Below are positions 10,625 through 20,621 of a stretch of 64,000 bases of DNA, piece by piece. The notes beneath the pieces were generated by a model. It searched no databases and had not been told where the DNA came from. It saw only the letters and a program-made list of their open reading frames with translations. The position numbers were made by a program, and so were the translations under genes. Source of the stretch: Candidatus Borrarchaeum weybense (GTDB lineage: Archaea; Asgardarchaeota; Sifarchaeia; Borrarchaeales; Borrarchaeaceae); contig JAHQJS010000007.1 in NCBI GenBank assembly GCA_019057385.1, positions 416,001-480,000 of the forward strand, read 5' to 3'. Every line of letters begins with the position of its first letter. Within the stretch, counting starts at the first letter, position 1.

Positions 10625-11254
10625 TTAGATCACTTTTTTTCCAGATGCCACAAATATGCTGACACTTGCATATTCATCTCCACAACAAGATGGCGCACAG
10701 CAGTTTTCACCTACGCAATCAACCATAATCTCTTTGAGTCCTGCTTTAATGAACCAAAGCTTAACATCTTCTCTCTTAAATCCCATCCAACGATCATATT
10801 GCTCTTTTTTCAAGAATTCGAAATTATGTTCATCAATATCAGTAATTATTAACTTACCATCAGGCTTTAAGATCCTCACCATCTCATTAATTGCAACTGG
10901 TGGGCTCTCTACGTGGTGCAGAAACATATTTGCAAACACATAGTCAACAATTTCATCTTCAATAGGAAGTTTTTCAGCCTCTCCTTTGCGATAATCAATT
11001 TTACCATCACATTGGAATTTCTTCTTTAATTCTTGGAGCATTGCATCCGATTGGTCTATGGCAATTACCTTCAAACCTCTTTGAAGAAGTCCTTCTGTAA
11101 TAAAGCCTGTTCCAACTCCAATATCTGCAGCAAGTTGATCAGGTTGGATGCTTGCCACGGCAAACGCCTTTTCCCTTACTGCCTCAGAAAAGAAAGTTTC
11201 TCGCATCTTGTCCCATTGGGATGCCACATCATCAAAATATTTCTTGCTACTCAT
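10625..11254 (-). CDS. Class I SAM-dependent methyltransferase with a Cys-rich C-terminus
   Basis: ADIGVGTGF motif I, ANMFLHH, RILKPDG. Confidence 0.88.
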   Translation of the reverse strand: MSSKKYFDDVASQWDKMRETFFSEAVREKAFAVASIQPDQLAADIGVGTGFITEGLLQRGLKVIAIDQSDAMLQELKKKFQCDGKIDYRKGEAEKLPIEDEIVDYVFANMFLHHVESPPVAINEMVRILKPDGKLIITDIDEHNFEFLKKEQYDRWMGFKREDVKLWFIKAGLKEIMVDCVGENCCAPSCCGDEYASVSIFVASGKKVI

Positions 11255-11363
11255 AAGAATTACTCCTTTCTGTGATGTTTGCTCCTTATCTTTATGGCCT
11301 AAAGTTGATTTTCCCTAATATCTTCGCAATTCATTTTTAAAGGTAAATGACACACGTCAATTA

Positions 11364-11990
11364 GTGACTTTGATGGAATTCCTGAAATTAAAGATTAGAC
11401 ATAGAGGATGTTGGTCAAAACTCACTAAGAGTTATCCTACTGTGACAATGAGTGCGATAACCACCCAGCGTGAATCAGATACATGTTCTACAATTCTTCG
11501 GATAACGGGTGAGTCGGTTGAAATTCGGAATTTATTACAAGAACTTCGCAAGCACTCCGACATTGGAGATTTCCAATTGAAAGAAATCAGTAAGGAAGCG
11601 ACAATCCGTCTAGTTTGTTTATGTACCCCTATCATCGATCTAATACAGAAATTTGCATACATTAAACCAGATGGTGTCGCATACCGAAATGGTTTCGAAT
11701 TTTGGGAAGTTATACCCTTTTCTAAGGATTCAGGTAAGGGTTTACTCAAAGAATTAAAATCCCACCACGAGTTTGAAATAATCAAAGTCGGGAAAAGAGA
11801 CATAGAAACTCTAACTGAACGCCAAAAAGAAGTTATTCGAACAGCTTTTGAATTGGGATATTACGATTTCCCTCGAAAAATCACATTAACACAATTAAGT
11901 GAGAAGTTAAATATGTCACCGTCTACGCTAAGTGAAATTCTTAGGACGGTGCATAAAAAAATAGTACCATATGCCCTGGACGTTTTATAG
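11364..11990 (+). CDS. Bat/HTH_10-type archaeal transcription regulator
   Basis: C-terminal LTERQKEVIRTAFELGYYDFPRKITLTQLSEKLNMSPSTLSEILR; divergent from the methyltransferase. Confidence 0.88.
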   Translation: MTLMEFLKLKIRHRGCWSKLTKSYPTVTMSAITTQRESDTCSTILRITGESVEIRNLLQELRKHSDIGDFQLKEISKEATIRLVCLCTPIIDLIQKFAYIKPDGVAYRNGFEFWEVIPFSKDSGKGLLKELKSHHEFEIIKVGKRDIETLTERQKEVIRTAFELGYYDFPRKITLTQLSEKLNMSPSTLSEILRTVHKKIVPYALDVL

Positions 11991-12107
11991 AATAATAAAG
12001 TCTCCATCAGAATAATTGTTTATCTAGAGTAACTTGTTATTAATCTATGAACAGTAAGGCAACTAAACTGATAATTTAAAGGTGGATTTCTGTTTTACAA
12101 TTGCTTC

Positions 12108-12240
12108 GTGAACTACCACCCTACAAGTAGGGTGGCTTCCTGAATCATCCATTCCCCAGCGGGACATGTCAACCAGGCTCAACGGGCAGTCCCTGCCCTG
12201 ATGATAATGATGATGATCGTGCTTTTAAATAGTAAGTAGA
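12108..12240 (-). ncRNA. TnpB omega-RNA (right-end RNA) scaffold; predicted guide is the 3' flank GAAGCAATTGTAAAACAGAA
   Basis: Structured GC-rich segment overlapping the tnpB 3' end and ending at the RE; the 5' limit is approximate. Confidence 0.65.
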
Positions 12241-13335
12241 TCGATGTAAAACAGTGATGGCAGAATTATGGTCTCTCGCTAACACCAGTCCACAGTAAGG
12301 ACACCTGTGGATTCGGGTGGCCAGCGTTTTCGGTACCAGTTTTCCACACCGACTACACAGTTGTGTGGTGTGATAGGCACTCACATATTCTACCAGAGTA
12401 CCAGCTTCCTCCGCTTTGTACTCGGTAAAATGCATGAGTTGCCCCCATCCTGCGTCACTAATCGACTTAGCTAGATGATGGTTCTTCGCCATGTTGGTGA
12501 TCCTAAGTTTCTCATACACAATCAGGTCATAACTATCGACCAGTTTCCGACTGAGTTTGTGATGAAAGTCCTTCCGCTGATTGCGTATCTTCCTGTGTAC
12601 CCGTGCCATCTTCCTGTTCTGCTTGTGACGGTTATACGAGCCCTTAACCTTCCTGTCTTTCCTTCGCTGTTCTTTGGCTAATTGCTTCTCCGAGTGTCTC
12701 AACCAACGGGGGTTGTCTATTGTTTCGCCATTATTTAACGTTAACAAACTCTTCAACCCGACATCCACCCCTATCGCCTTCTGTAGCTCTCTTTTCTGAG
12801 ACTCAGGATCAGGATTATGCAGTGCTACTGCAAAACAAGCATACCAGTGGTCGACATCGCGTGTGATGGTGCAGGTCTTGACCTCGCCTTCAGATGGGAT
12901 AGGTCGGTGGAGTACGATGGTAATAGCTCCAATTTTCGAGAGTCGGAGTTTCTTGTTGTGGTAATCGAGGGCGAACCCACTTTGCGGGTAAGTGAAGGAA
13001 TCATACCGGTTTTTGCCTTTAAATCGTGGGTATCCGGCCTTTTCCCCCTTTTTAATGCGCCGAAAAAAGTGCTTGAAGCTCTTATCCAGTCGTCTCAGCA
13101 CGTCTTGCAGTACCTGCGAATGAACCGTTTTTAAAAATGGAGTGGTCTTTTTAGCGTCTTTTAATTGGTTGGCTTGCTCACCATACGTAACTGATTGTTT
13201 CTGAGTTTCCCAGGCATTTTTTCGCTCTGCCAGAGAGTTGTTATACAACAGTCGGCAAGTAGTAAGCCATTGAGTGAGAATAGTTGCCTGTGGTGTGGTG
13301 GGATACAAGCGAAATTTGTACGTACGTTTCATCAC
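12169..13335 (-). CDS. tnpB: RNA-guided endonuclease TnpB
   Basis: N-terminal RTYKFRLYPT, RuvC residues (GVDVG, VYEKL, RDHNSA) and a CxxC...CPYC zinc finger, all intact. Confidence 0.95.
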   Translation of the reverse strand: MMKRTYKFRLYPTTPQATILTQWLTTCRLLYNNSLAERKNAWETQKQSVTYGEQANQLKDAKKTTPFLKTVHSQVLQDVLRRLDKSFKHFFRRIKKGEKAGYPRFKGKNRYDSFTYPQSGFALDYHNKKLRLSKIGAITIVLHRPIPSEGEVKTCTITRDVDHWYACFAVALHNPDPESQKRELQKAIGVDVGLKSLLTLNNGETIDNPRWLRHSEKQLAKEQRRKDRKVKGSYNRHKQNRKMARVHRKIRNQRKDFHHKLSRKLVDSYDLIVYEKLRITNMAKNHHLAKSISDAGWGQLMHFTEYKAEEAGTLVEYVSAYHTTQLCSRCGKLVPKTLATRIHRCPYCGLVLARDHNSAITVLHRSTYYLKARSSSLSSGQGLPVEPG

Positions 13336-13445
13336 AGGTCTTCCTCTGTTCCCTTGAGCGTCATATCACTAACGATAGTATCCGCAAACAGCTATTTAAA
13401 CTGGGGGACACTACCGTGAAAGTAAAAACAGCAAAAAAACGCAAT

Positions 13446-14111
13446 TCATCCCCCCCAACAAGTTGGGGGGTCTTCTTGCGAAGACATTATAAATTCTTCT
13501 GTCGTGATAAGTTCGCAAGAAATATTTATTAGTTCTTCAATACCCTTTCCGTAGATCCCCGAAATCGCATCTTCAATGACTATCAACCTAAAACCCCGTT
13601 CACTTGCTTCATATATGGATGTTCTAGGGCAATTTGGGAAGTTACAGCCTGTAAAAACCAATGTTGTTATTCCTTTCTTTTGAAGGAAGTCTTCTAACGG
13701 CGTTTTGTAAAACGCTCCCCATCTGGGTTTATATATCACGAATTCGTTAGATGCTAACTCTTGGATTTCTCCACTCAGTAGTCTTTTTGCATCCAATTTA
13801 ACTTCATTAGGCTTTAGTTCTTTGACTAATTCAGCACCTTCAGAATTTGGAGCAACTACTTTTAATCCATCTTCCACTTTCTTTTTTCTACAGATATCAA
13901 CATTAGAACCATCTTCTTTGTAGAGTCTTATTATGTGGATTATTGGTTTACTCTTTTCTCTGAATCGTTTTAGAATTTTAACCATATTAGGAATTACATC
14001 ATCATAGGTTCCTTTAATCTCACAGATCGCATCTTTTAGCGAGAAATCATTTTGTGTATCAATTGTAAGCAATGCACTATTCTCATAATCTGGTTCTGTG
14101 TATTTAGCCAT
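13446..14111 (-). CDS. Isochorismatase-family cysteine hydrolase; last 14 codons come from the IS left end
   Basis: LLTIDTQNDF, KPRWGAF and GCNFPNCPRTS motifs. Confidence 0.88.
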   Translation of the reverse strand: MAKYTEPDYENSALLTIDTQNDFSLKDAICEIKGTYDDVIPNMVKILKRFREKSKPIIHIIRLYKEDGSNVDICRKKKVEDGLKVVAPNSEGAELVKELKPNEVKLDAKRLLSGEIQELASNEFVIYKPRWGAFYKTPLEDFLQKKGITTLVFTGCNFPNCPRTSIYEASERGFRLIVIEDAISGIYGKGIEELINISCELITTEEFIMSSQEDPPTCWGG

Positions 14112-14151
14112 AATATAGCCTCTTTTGAACGAAGATTATTATGAACGGCGT

Positions 14152-14676
14152 CTAGAAGATTGTTTTCTTTCTGTATTCGAGATATTCATTTCCGAACTTT
14201 TTTTCCAAATCCTTTTCTTCCATATACTTCCAGATCAGTATTAATGGAATCCATATTACCGCAGAAAGCAAGGTTAAAAAACTCTTTGCCATGAGTGGGA
14301 ATCCAACATGTATGAGCATAATACCAACATACATAGGATTTCTAAATTTAGAATATATTCCGTTAGTGACAAGATAATCTAGTTCTCTGAATCCTCTTTT
14401 TGATTTGGCAGATACTACAAACAGCACTAAGCCTAGTATTCCTATTGCTAGACCCAATGGCACCGCAATATAGTCCGATATGTTTATTCGAATTGGATCG
14501 AAAAAAGACATCAAAAACCATCCAACGTATCCAATGAAAATAATTATTGTTAGTACAATCTCAAACATCTTTGATTGTCCAAGGCTATATCCTTTGTATT
14601 CAAAGAAATGAGATATTGTATGCAAAAGGTATCCAATTAAACACAGTATAAATGCGATTAAGAAAATTTGATTCAT
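14152..14676 (-). CDS. PEMT/ICMT-family membrane methyltransferase
   Basis: LVTNGIYSKFRNPMY and EEKDL..KFG.EY..Y. Confidence 0.85.
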   Translation of the reverse strand: MNQIFLIAFILCLIGYLLHTISHFFEYKGYSLGQSKMFEIVLTIIIFIGYVGWFLMSFFDPIRINISDYIAVPLGLAIGILGLVLFVVSAKSKRGFRELDYLVTNGIYSKFRNPMYVGIMLIHVGFPLMAKSFLTLLSAVIWIPLILIWKYMEEKDLEKKFGNEYLEYRKKTIF

Positions 14677-14803
14677 ATTAACAGAAATAGTTTTCTACAT
14701 ATATATAAGATTATTTGAAAGATTCTGGAGAAATATAATTTCCTTAGAACGGATTAACGTTTAGTGAAAAATTCAGGATCAAAATTAAAAATTATACTGC
14801 TGC

Positions 14804-15145
14804 TTATGTTTCTTGGATCGCACGATCATAACTTTTTCTCACAAAAGGCATAATTTGATCCAAGTCTTTTTTGCGATTGATAGGTATCCTTGCCCAATTA
14901 TGAACTGTTTTTTTGCCAGTTTTAAAAGGAGTCGTCGAGAACTGTTGAGATAGTATCTCTTTCTCTTTTTTATCTAGTTTTGTAATAACTATGCCCTTTG
15001 TCACAAGAAACACGAAAAGCTTACCATTCGATTGATAGCAAGGGCAACCAAACATTTTCTTGATATCGATCTGCTTCCACTTAAGCACCTTCTCTTCAAA
15101 AGCTAATCTTAGATCTTTCATTTCATCTTCTGAATAATATTTCAA
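14804..15145 (-). CDS. TfoX/Sxy N-terminal-like small protein
   Basis: KKMFGCPCY..NGKLF motif. Confidence 0.65.
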   Translation of the reverse strand: MKYYSEDEMKDLRLAFEEKVLKWKQIDIKKMFGCPCYQSNGKLFVFLVTKGIVITKLDKKEKEILSQQFSTTPFKTGKKTVHNWARIPINRKKDLDQIMPFVRKSYDRAIQET

Positions 15146-15228
15146 TTAGAACCCCCGAAATTGATTTTCTGTGAACTACTAAGAGCTTATTATGAAATAA
15201 TTCAAAAAAAGAGTAAAAGTTAAATTTT

Positions 15229-15507
15229 TTACTTACTTTTCCATCTTTTAAGGGTTGGATAGTGCTTTTCAGCCTCTTTTTTTGCCTGCTCTTCTGTCAA
15301 TGAACCAAAAGAGAGTTGTAAGAGTAGTTCCGTTGCCCTTTCAATCATCTGCTCCAGTGTGGCCTCTGGATGCGTAAATTCTCCGTTCTGGAAACAGTCT
15401 TGACAGTAATCTTCGCTTTTACTTCCATCAGCGTTTGTTCCATAACCTTCTAACATTTCGAATGGCAAGCCACAAAACTGGCAAAATGGTCCTTTTTGCA
15501 TTTCCAT
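15229..15507 (-). CDS. Putative zinc-ribbon protein (Zn_ribbon_2 type)
   Basis: CQFCG.P...GTNADGS.SEDYCQDCFQNGEFT...PTLKRW. Confidence 0.85.
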   Translation of the reverse strand: MEMQKGPFCQFCGLPFEMLEGYGTNADGSKSEDYCQDCFQNGEFTHPEATLEQMIERATELLLQLSFGSLTEEQAKKEAEKHYPTLKRWKSK

Positions 15508-15660
15508 ATTCTCACCTCATTTTTTTAGCTATTATTATTAAATAGTTCTTATAGTTTTTCTTTCCTTAGTAAAGAGTTGATTTACGAAATGCTATCGGTA
15601 TACACTGTGTTATAGACTTTTGATTAGTTCAGAAAAAAGCGTAAAACCCCATTTATGTCA

Positions 15661-15933
15661 CTATCTTTGCAATCTTTTAAGTTGAATGAACATTCTAGCC
15701 TTTTCTTTAGCTCGCTCTTTTGATATATTCATTTGTTTTACCAAAATACTAGCCACTACTTCAATCATTTGTTCTGTTGAGAGCTTATGATGTGTCAACT
15801 TACCATTCTGAAAACATAATCGACAATAATCATTGTTTATACTACCATCAGCGTTTGTCCCAAAATCTTCTGTCTTCTCGATTGGCTTCCTACAGATACG
15901 ACAAAAGAATCCTTTCGACAATCTTAATTCCAC
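15661..15933 (-). CDS. Putative zinc-ribbon protein, tandem paralogue of 15229..15507
   Basis: CRIC.KP...GTNADGS.NNDYCRLCFQNG. Confidence 0.8.
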   Translation of the reverse strand: MELRLSKGFFCRICRKPIEKTEDFGTNADGSINNDYCRLCFQNGKLTHHKLSTEQMIEVVASILVKQMNISKERAKEKARMFIQLKRLQR

Positions 15934-16012
15934 AGGGGGTTCTCATTTCATATACAATTATTCATTCGATGTTATATTATCTTGTAAGTGATTAAATTTA
16001 AATAAATATTAG

Positions 16013-17161
16013 TCATAGAAAACGCAAAAGTCCTGTTTGATCTTCATCAACATCTAGATTTTCTCGAATGAACTCCTCTATTTCATCATTGACATTTCGA
16101 ATTTCCTGTAATTCATTTCTTTTTGCTATAGCTACAATAGATTCCTTCAAATTTTGTATATTCATTCCTGCCCAATATTTCTTACTCCAAGCTTTACCTA
16201 ACATTTGTTGCCTATACGCTTCATTTAGAAGTTTTTCAGCAATTGAATAATTCATTCTTCTAAAATCCTGTGGAATAAACCTTTTCACTCGGTAAGGCAA
16301 TTCATATTTCTCGCATAAATTGAGCATTTTTTTATTAATCTTTTTATGATAGCTTGTCTTTGGAGTGTATTTTCCTTCATATGATTCTGGATTGTATTTA
16401 AAGTCATAAAGTTCTTCGTACTTTTCAATTAATTCAGGATATCTTTCGTTCAAATGTTTCAAAAACCATTTGGCTTGTAAATCTCTCATAGTAACTCCGC
16501 TGCCAAATAGAATAAAATCTGCTCCTGTCTCTTTGATCTTCTTTGCCATCGCCTCTAAATGTTCATCTGAATCACACAGGTATGGTACAATTGGAATAAA
16601 TGATACTCCTGCTTGAATGTAATTCGTCTGGTCTTTTATTGTTCGAATTACATCAAATCTTTCTTTAGGTGTTGGAACTCTAGGTTCCAAGAACTTTGAT
16701 ATCTCTTGATCGTTTGTTGTAATTGTCACACAAATACTACACCAAGAGTCTTTTCCAATCTTTTCTAATATATCGAGATCTCTTAAAACCAGTTTTGATT
16801 TTGTTCCTACACTAACGGGATATTTATGCTTTGAAAAGACTTCTAAACATTGCCTAGTATTCTTGTATTTCGCTTCTGCAGGTTGATAAGGATCATTGGA
16901 CCCAGTAGCCACAACATCTGGTAGTAGTTTTCTTGCTCTTGTTAGTCTTTTATCAAGCATTTCTTTGATATTTTTCTTAACAATAATAGTATTCTCAAAA
17001 TCAGTAGGCATCCGGTATTTCGCACTTCTTGAATCACAATAGATACAGCCAAATTGACAGCCATTGTATGTATTGATGGTATATTTGCACCAATACCAGC
17101 TATCGATATACTTGAAGACATTTAATATCGATTTGAACTCTTTTTCAATATATTCTACCAT
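16013..17161 (-). CDS. Radical SAM protein (spore photoproduct lyase-like, putative DNA repair)
   Basis: INTYNGCQFGCIYC (CxxxCxxC), DPYQPAE, TKS.LVLRD. Confidence 0.85.
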   Translation of the reverse strand: MVEYIEKEFKSILNVFKYIDSWYWCKYTINTYNGCQFGCIYCDSRSAKYRMPTDFENTIIVKKNIKEMLDKRLTRARKLLPDVVATGSNDPYQPAEAKYKNTRQCLEVFSKHKYPVSVGTKSKLVLRDLDILEKIGKDSWCSICVTITTNDQEISKFLEPRVPTPKERFDVIRTIKDQTNYIQAGVSFIPIVPYLCDSDEHLEAMAKKIKETGADFILFGSGVTMRDLQAKWFLKHLNERYPELIEKYEELYDFKYNPESYEGKYTPKTSYHKKINKKMLNLCEKYELPYRVKRFIPQDFRRMNYSIAEKLLNEAYRQQMLGKAWSKKYWAGMNIQNLKESIVAIAKRNELQEIRNVNDEIEEFIRENLDVDEDQTGLLRFL

Positions 17162-17221
17162 AAATTATCACTAGGAGTTTTTCTTTTACTCTTAAGAAAA
17201 AATCGAAAAAAAGGTAACATA

Positions 17222-17569
17222 TTAAGACCTAATCATTACTAAAAGCATCTTGTACGGCGTTACTGCTCTTAGGGCATGTGGGTCGTTAGCGGGCATTATA
17301 ATCATTTCACCTGCATTAACACGATAAGCTTCGCCTGAGATGGTTATCTCTGCTTCACCATCAAGAATACAAACTAAAGCATCAAATGGCGCCGTATGCT
17401 CACTTAATCCCTCCCCTTCGTCAAAAGAGAATACAGTTACGGTTCCTGTTTCTTTATCCATAATGGTTCTACTCACTACAGAGCCCTCTTGGTAAGCTAC
17501 TAATTCGCTTAGGTTTTTGACAACTGCTAAGAGCTTTTCATCACTTTTAATTCTTTTAATATTTTGCAT
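17222..17569 (-). CDS. Cupin domain protein
   Basis: FDEGEGLSEHTAP...GEAEITI...MPANDPHAL. Confidence 0.88.
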   Translation of the reverse strand: MQNIKRIKSDEKLLAVVKNLSELVAYQEGSVVSRTIMDKETGTVTVFSFDEGEGLSEHTAPFDALVCILDGEAEITISGEAYRVNAGEMIIMPANDPHALRAVTPYKMLLVMIRS

Positions 17570-17660
17570 GATTTCTCACCTATAATTTTAAACAAAAGTT
17601 CATCGTAAAGTTGCAAACATGTTTTTAACCTAAGTATTTAAGAAGAATTAGTTTTAATCT

Positions 17661-18173
17661 TTGGTTATGGCAATCAAAGATGTCTTATTAATCGGGAATC
17701 CTAAATTGAGGCAAGAATCATCAGAAGTCACGGATTTCAACTTAGAACTTAAGGAAATACTCCAGGATCTTAAAGATACTCTTATTCATCTTCAGAAAAC
17801 AAAAAAGATCGGCAGAGGGCTAGCTGCGCCTCAGATAGGTCATATGAAGAAGGTCATCCTTTTTCTATTACCAGAACAACCATTCATTATGGTTAACCCT
17901 AAAATAACTTGGAAAAGTGACGAAATGTTTCAAGTGTGGGATAGCTGCTTCTGTTTCGATGTTGCATTTTTTGTCCAAGTTGAGAGGAACAAAAGCATTA
18001 AAGTTGAGTATCAAGATGAGAATGGAGATATTAAAACAGAAGAATTCGTTGGAGACCTATCCGAATTAGTACAGCATGAAATTGATCATCTTTATGGAAT
18101 CTTAGCTACAGATCATCTTAAGGATGTAACTAAGATTATAATGAGAGATGAATGGGAGAAAATTGTAACTTAA
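17661..18173 (+). CDS. def: Peptide deformylase-family protein (variant motif 2)
   Basis: GRGLAAPQIG and QHEIDHLYG; the EGCLS motif reads DSCFC. Confidence 0.8.
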   Translation: MVMAIKDVLLIGNPKLRQESSEVTDFNLELKEILQDLKDTLIHLQKTKKIGRGLAAPQIGHMKKVILFLLPEQPFIMVNPKITWKSDEMFQVWDSCFCFDVAFFVQVERNKSIKVEYQDENGDIKTEEFVGDLSELVQHEIDHLYGILATDHLKDVTKIIMRDEWEKIVT

Positions 18174-18327
18174 TGAAATAAACAATATTCTAAGTCAATT
18201 TTTTATTGAAAATATTCACAAATATTTTATATTCACGCCTTATAGGAATAACAAATAAATCTGGATGCAATTATACTTCACTGGACTTCCCATTTCGATT
18301 TTTATAGCATATTAAGGGGGGATTGGG

Positions 18328-19590
18328 ATAGAGATTAAATTAAAGATAGGTAAGGACTTTAAGACAATATCTATACCAGACGATAAGATCCTTGATGTAT
18401 TAACTGGTCCAGAAATTCCAGAGCTTGACCAAGAGGAAATAAAAGATCAAATAGTAGAGGCCGTCAGAAATTCATTGCCTGAAAACATTGAGACAAAAAA
18501 GATAGTTATTCTAGTTGCTGATCACACAAGGCTTTGGACAAAAGGAAATCTCTATGTACCAGTAATTTTGAACATTCTTCTTGAAGAAGGTGCAATAAAT
18601 GAAAATATAAAAGTTATTATCGCTCTCGGAACGCATGTTGATACACCTATTGAAAGAATGCATGAACTTGTAGGAGAAGAAACGATAAAGAAAGTAGAAG
18701 TTATTAATTCTGCTAATATGAATACTGATCGTCTGACTTATATAGGAAAAACTACCCACGACACGTCATTATATTTGACTAGTGAGGCCTGTGAGGCAGA
18801 CCATATTATAATGTATGGCGGAGTTCTTCACCATGTAATAGCAGGATTTGGTGGGGGTAGAAAATATATACATCCTGGCATAGCAGGTTATGATTCCATT
18901 CAACAAAATCATTCTCTAACGATAAGGGCGGACGGGTCCCTTCATCCAAAAGTATGTCAAGCAATCCTTGAAGGAAACCCAGTTCACGAAGACATGAATG
19001 AAGGTGCTGAGATGTTTCTACGAGATCGTACTTCTCTCCTCATCAATGTAGCTGAGAATGGGGATGGAAAGATATTCTATGTTGCTAAAGGTGACTGGAA
19101 AAAGGCTTTCGCTGAAGGATGCGAACAAGTAAATCGAGCAGGAAGAGTATTTATAAGCCGAAAAGCCGATTTCGTTATTTTCTCAGCTGGAGGGTATGAA
19201 AAAGACGGACAATTATATCAATCTACTAAGGCCTTGTTTAATAGTTATGGTGCAGTGCGAGATGGCGGACAAATTATTATGTTCGCTGAGGCAAGAGAAG
19301 GGATAGGGAATATTGAGTTTGGAGAAGCTCTTAAAACATATAAAGGAAATATGAACGTTCTAGGGAAAAAACTTATAGAAAAATACAGTATGCCGTCATA
19401 TATTGCGTATCGGATTATTGATATCCTGTCACGTTATAACGTAACGCTAGTATCAAACCTTTCACAGGAAGAAACAGAGGCATTCGGTTTTAACTACACT
19501 AATAATATTGATGAATACGTGAAAAATCTTAAGGGGAAAGGATATATCATTCCTTCTGCTGAAAATATTCTACCTCTCATCGAAGAATGA
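18328..19590 (+). CDS. Nickel-pincer lactate racemase/epimerase family (LarA-like); probable non-canonical ATA start
   Basis: DHTR, ALGTH, HHVIAGFGGGRK..PG and Q.TKAL. The open frame extends 49 codons upstream of the track start with a LarA-like N-terminus (IEIKLKIG...ISIPDDKILDVL). Confidence 0.8.
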   Translation: MEIKLKIGKDFKTISIPDDKILDVLTGPEIPELDQEEIKDQIVEAVRNSLPENIETKKIVILVADHTRLWTKGNLYVPVILNILLEEGAINENIKVIIALGTHVDTPIERMHELVGEETIKKVEVINSANMNTDRLTYIGKTTHDTSLYLTSEACEADHIIMYGGVLHHVIAGFGGGRKYIHPGIAGYDSIQQNHSLTIRADGSLHPKVCQAILEGNPVHEDMNEGAEMFLRDRTSLLINVAENGDGKIFYVAKGDWKKAFAEGCEQVNRAGRVFISRKADFVIFSAGGYEKDGQLYQSTKALFNSYGAVRDGGQIIMFAEAREGIGNIEFGEALKTYKGNMNVLGKKLIEKYSMPSYIAYRIIDILSRYNVTLVSNLSQEETEAFGFNYTNNIDEYVKNLKGKGYIIPSAENILPLIEE

Positions 19591-19651
19591 AAAGAGATTT
19601 AATTAATAGTTATCTCTATCCAGAAAGAACTCCATAAACGGGGCATCACTA

Positions 19652-20335
19652 GTGGCAAAAAGAATTGGTATTTTAGGCGGAATAAGCTATGAATCAACGA
19701 TAAAATACTATGAGTTAATCCTTAGAACATATTACGAACAAAATATGGACTATTACTATCCAGAAATTGTAATCTTCAGCCTAGATTTCCAGAAATTCAC
19801 TAATTTTGAAAATGAAAACAAGCGAATGTACATAAAATATATCCTTGAAGGCATTAATTCATTAGAAAAGGCAGGTGCAGAGTTTGTTTTAATGGCAGCT
19901 AATTCACCTCACGCTGTTTTCGAAGAATTGGAAATATTATCAAATATTCCTCTTCTTAGCATAGTTAAAGTATCTGCAGAAAAAGCAAAGCAAGAAGGCA
20001 TGAAAAAACTGTTGCTTCTGGGAATTAAATTTACTATGCAATCTTCATTTTATCAAAATGCTTGTAAGAAACTTGGAATTGAGGTTAAAGTCCCAACAGA
20101 GGACGAACAGAATGATATCAACAGAATAATTTTTGACGAGTTAGTGATAGGTGTTTTCAAGAACGAAAGTAAAAATAGACTTCTAGAGATAATAGGCAAT
20201 TATGAAGTTGATGGCGTTATTTTAGGCTGTACGGAACTACCGTTGATTCTTAAACAAAAAGATGCTGACGTAAAGTTGCTTAATACTTTAAAAATTCACG
20301 CAGAAGCGGCCTTGAATTATTCTTTGTCCTCTTGA
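19652..20335 (+). CDS. Aspartate/glutamate racemase-family protein
   Basis: IGILGGISYESTIKYY and ILGCTELPL; the first catalytic Cys position reads AANSPH. Confidence 0.85.
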   Translation: MAKRIGILGGISYESTIKYYELILRTYYEQNMDYYYPEIVIFSLDFQKFTNFENENKRMYIKYILEGINSLEKAGAEFVLMAANSPHAVFEELEILSNIPLLSIVKVSAEKAKQEGMKKLLLLGIKFTMQSSFYQNACKKLGIEVKVPTEDEQNDINRIIFDELVIGVFKNESKNRLLEIIGNYEVDGVILGCTELPLILKQKDADVKLLNTLKIHAEAALNYSLSS

Positions 20336-20621
20336 AGGTGAATGCGTACTAAATTCCAAGAAATTAATTGCATGAAAGGGCAGTTTCACGAAATTGCTAT
20401 AATACGTATATCACATAGCTTAACTTTTTTTGAAATACAATACTATGTGATAAGAAAAATGATTAAGAAGCGCTTCGCTAATTTCTTATTAAAATTGAAA
20501 TTTGGCTCCTTTAAGGAACAATATACACAAATAGCAAGTTTAAGTAGTACTGATGATATTAACGGCTATATAACTCATTTTAAAAAACTCCTCTTGCATG
20601 CATATTAAAATGTACACTTCT

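Larger units (their letters stand above)
12108..13488 (-). mobile_element. IS200/IS605-family element, IS1341-type (tnpB only), inserted 3' of TTTAT
   Basis: LE hairpin CCCCCCAACTTGTTGGGGGG; RE hairpin CCACCCTACTTGTAGGGTGG ending TTCAC at 12108. GC-richer than the flanks. Removing it restores the host gene end EEFMKQL*. Confidence 0.9.

Noticed and set aside
10625-11254. Arsenite methyltransferase (arsM) call
   Set aside because: A Cys-rich tail is present, but the N-terminal Cys motifs and ars neighbours are not evident.
14152-14676. ICMT-like enzyme acting on the small GTPases
   Set aside because: Neither GTPase has a C-terminal Cys or CaaX motif, and the family is widespread in prokaryotes.
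15171-15180. GTGAACTAC matching the IS right-end tip
   Set aside because: Only 9 bp with no hairpin behind it; could be chance.
20342-20608. 88-aa ORF after the racemase
   Set aside because: AT-rich, no motif; cannot be supported as a gene.
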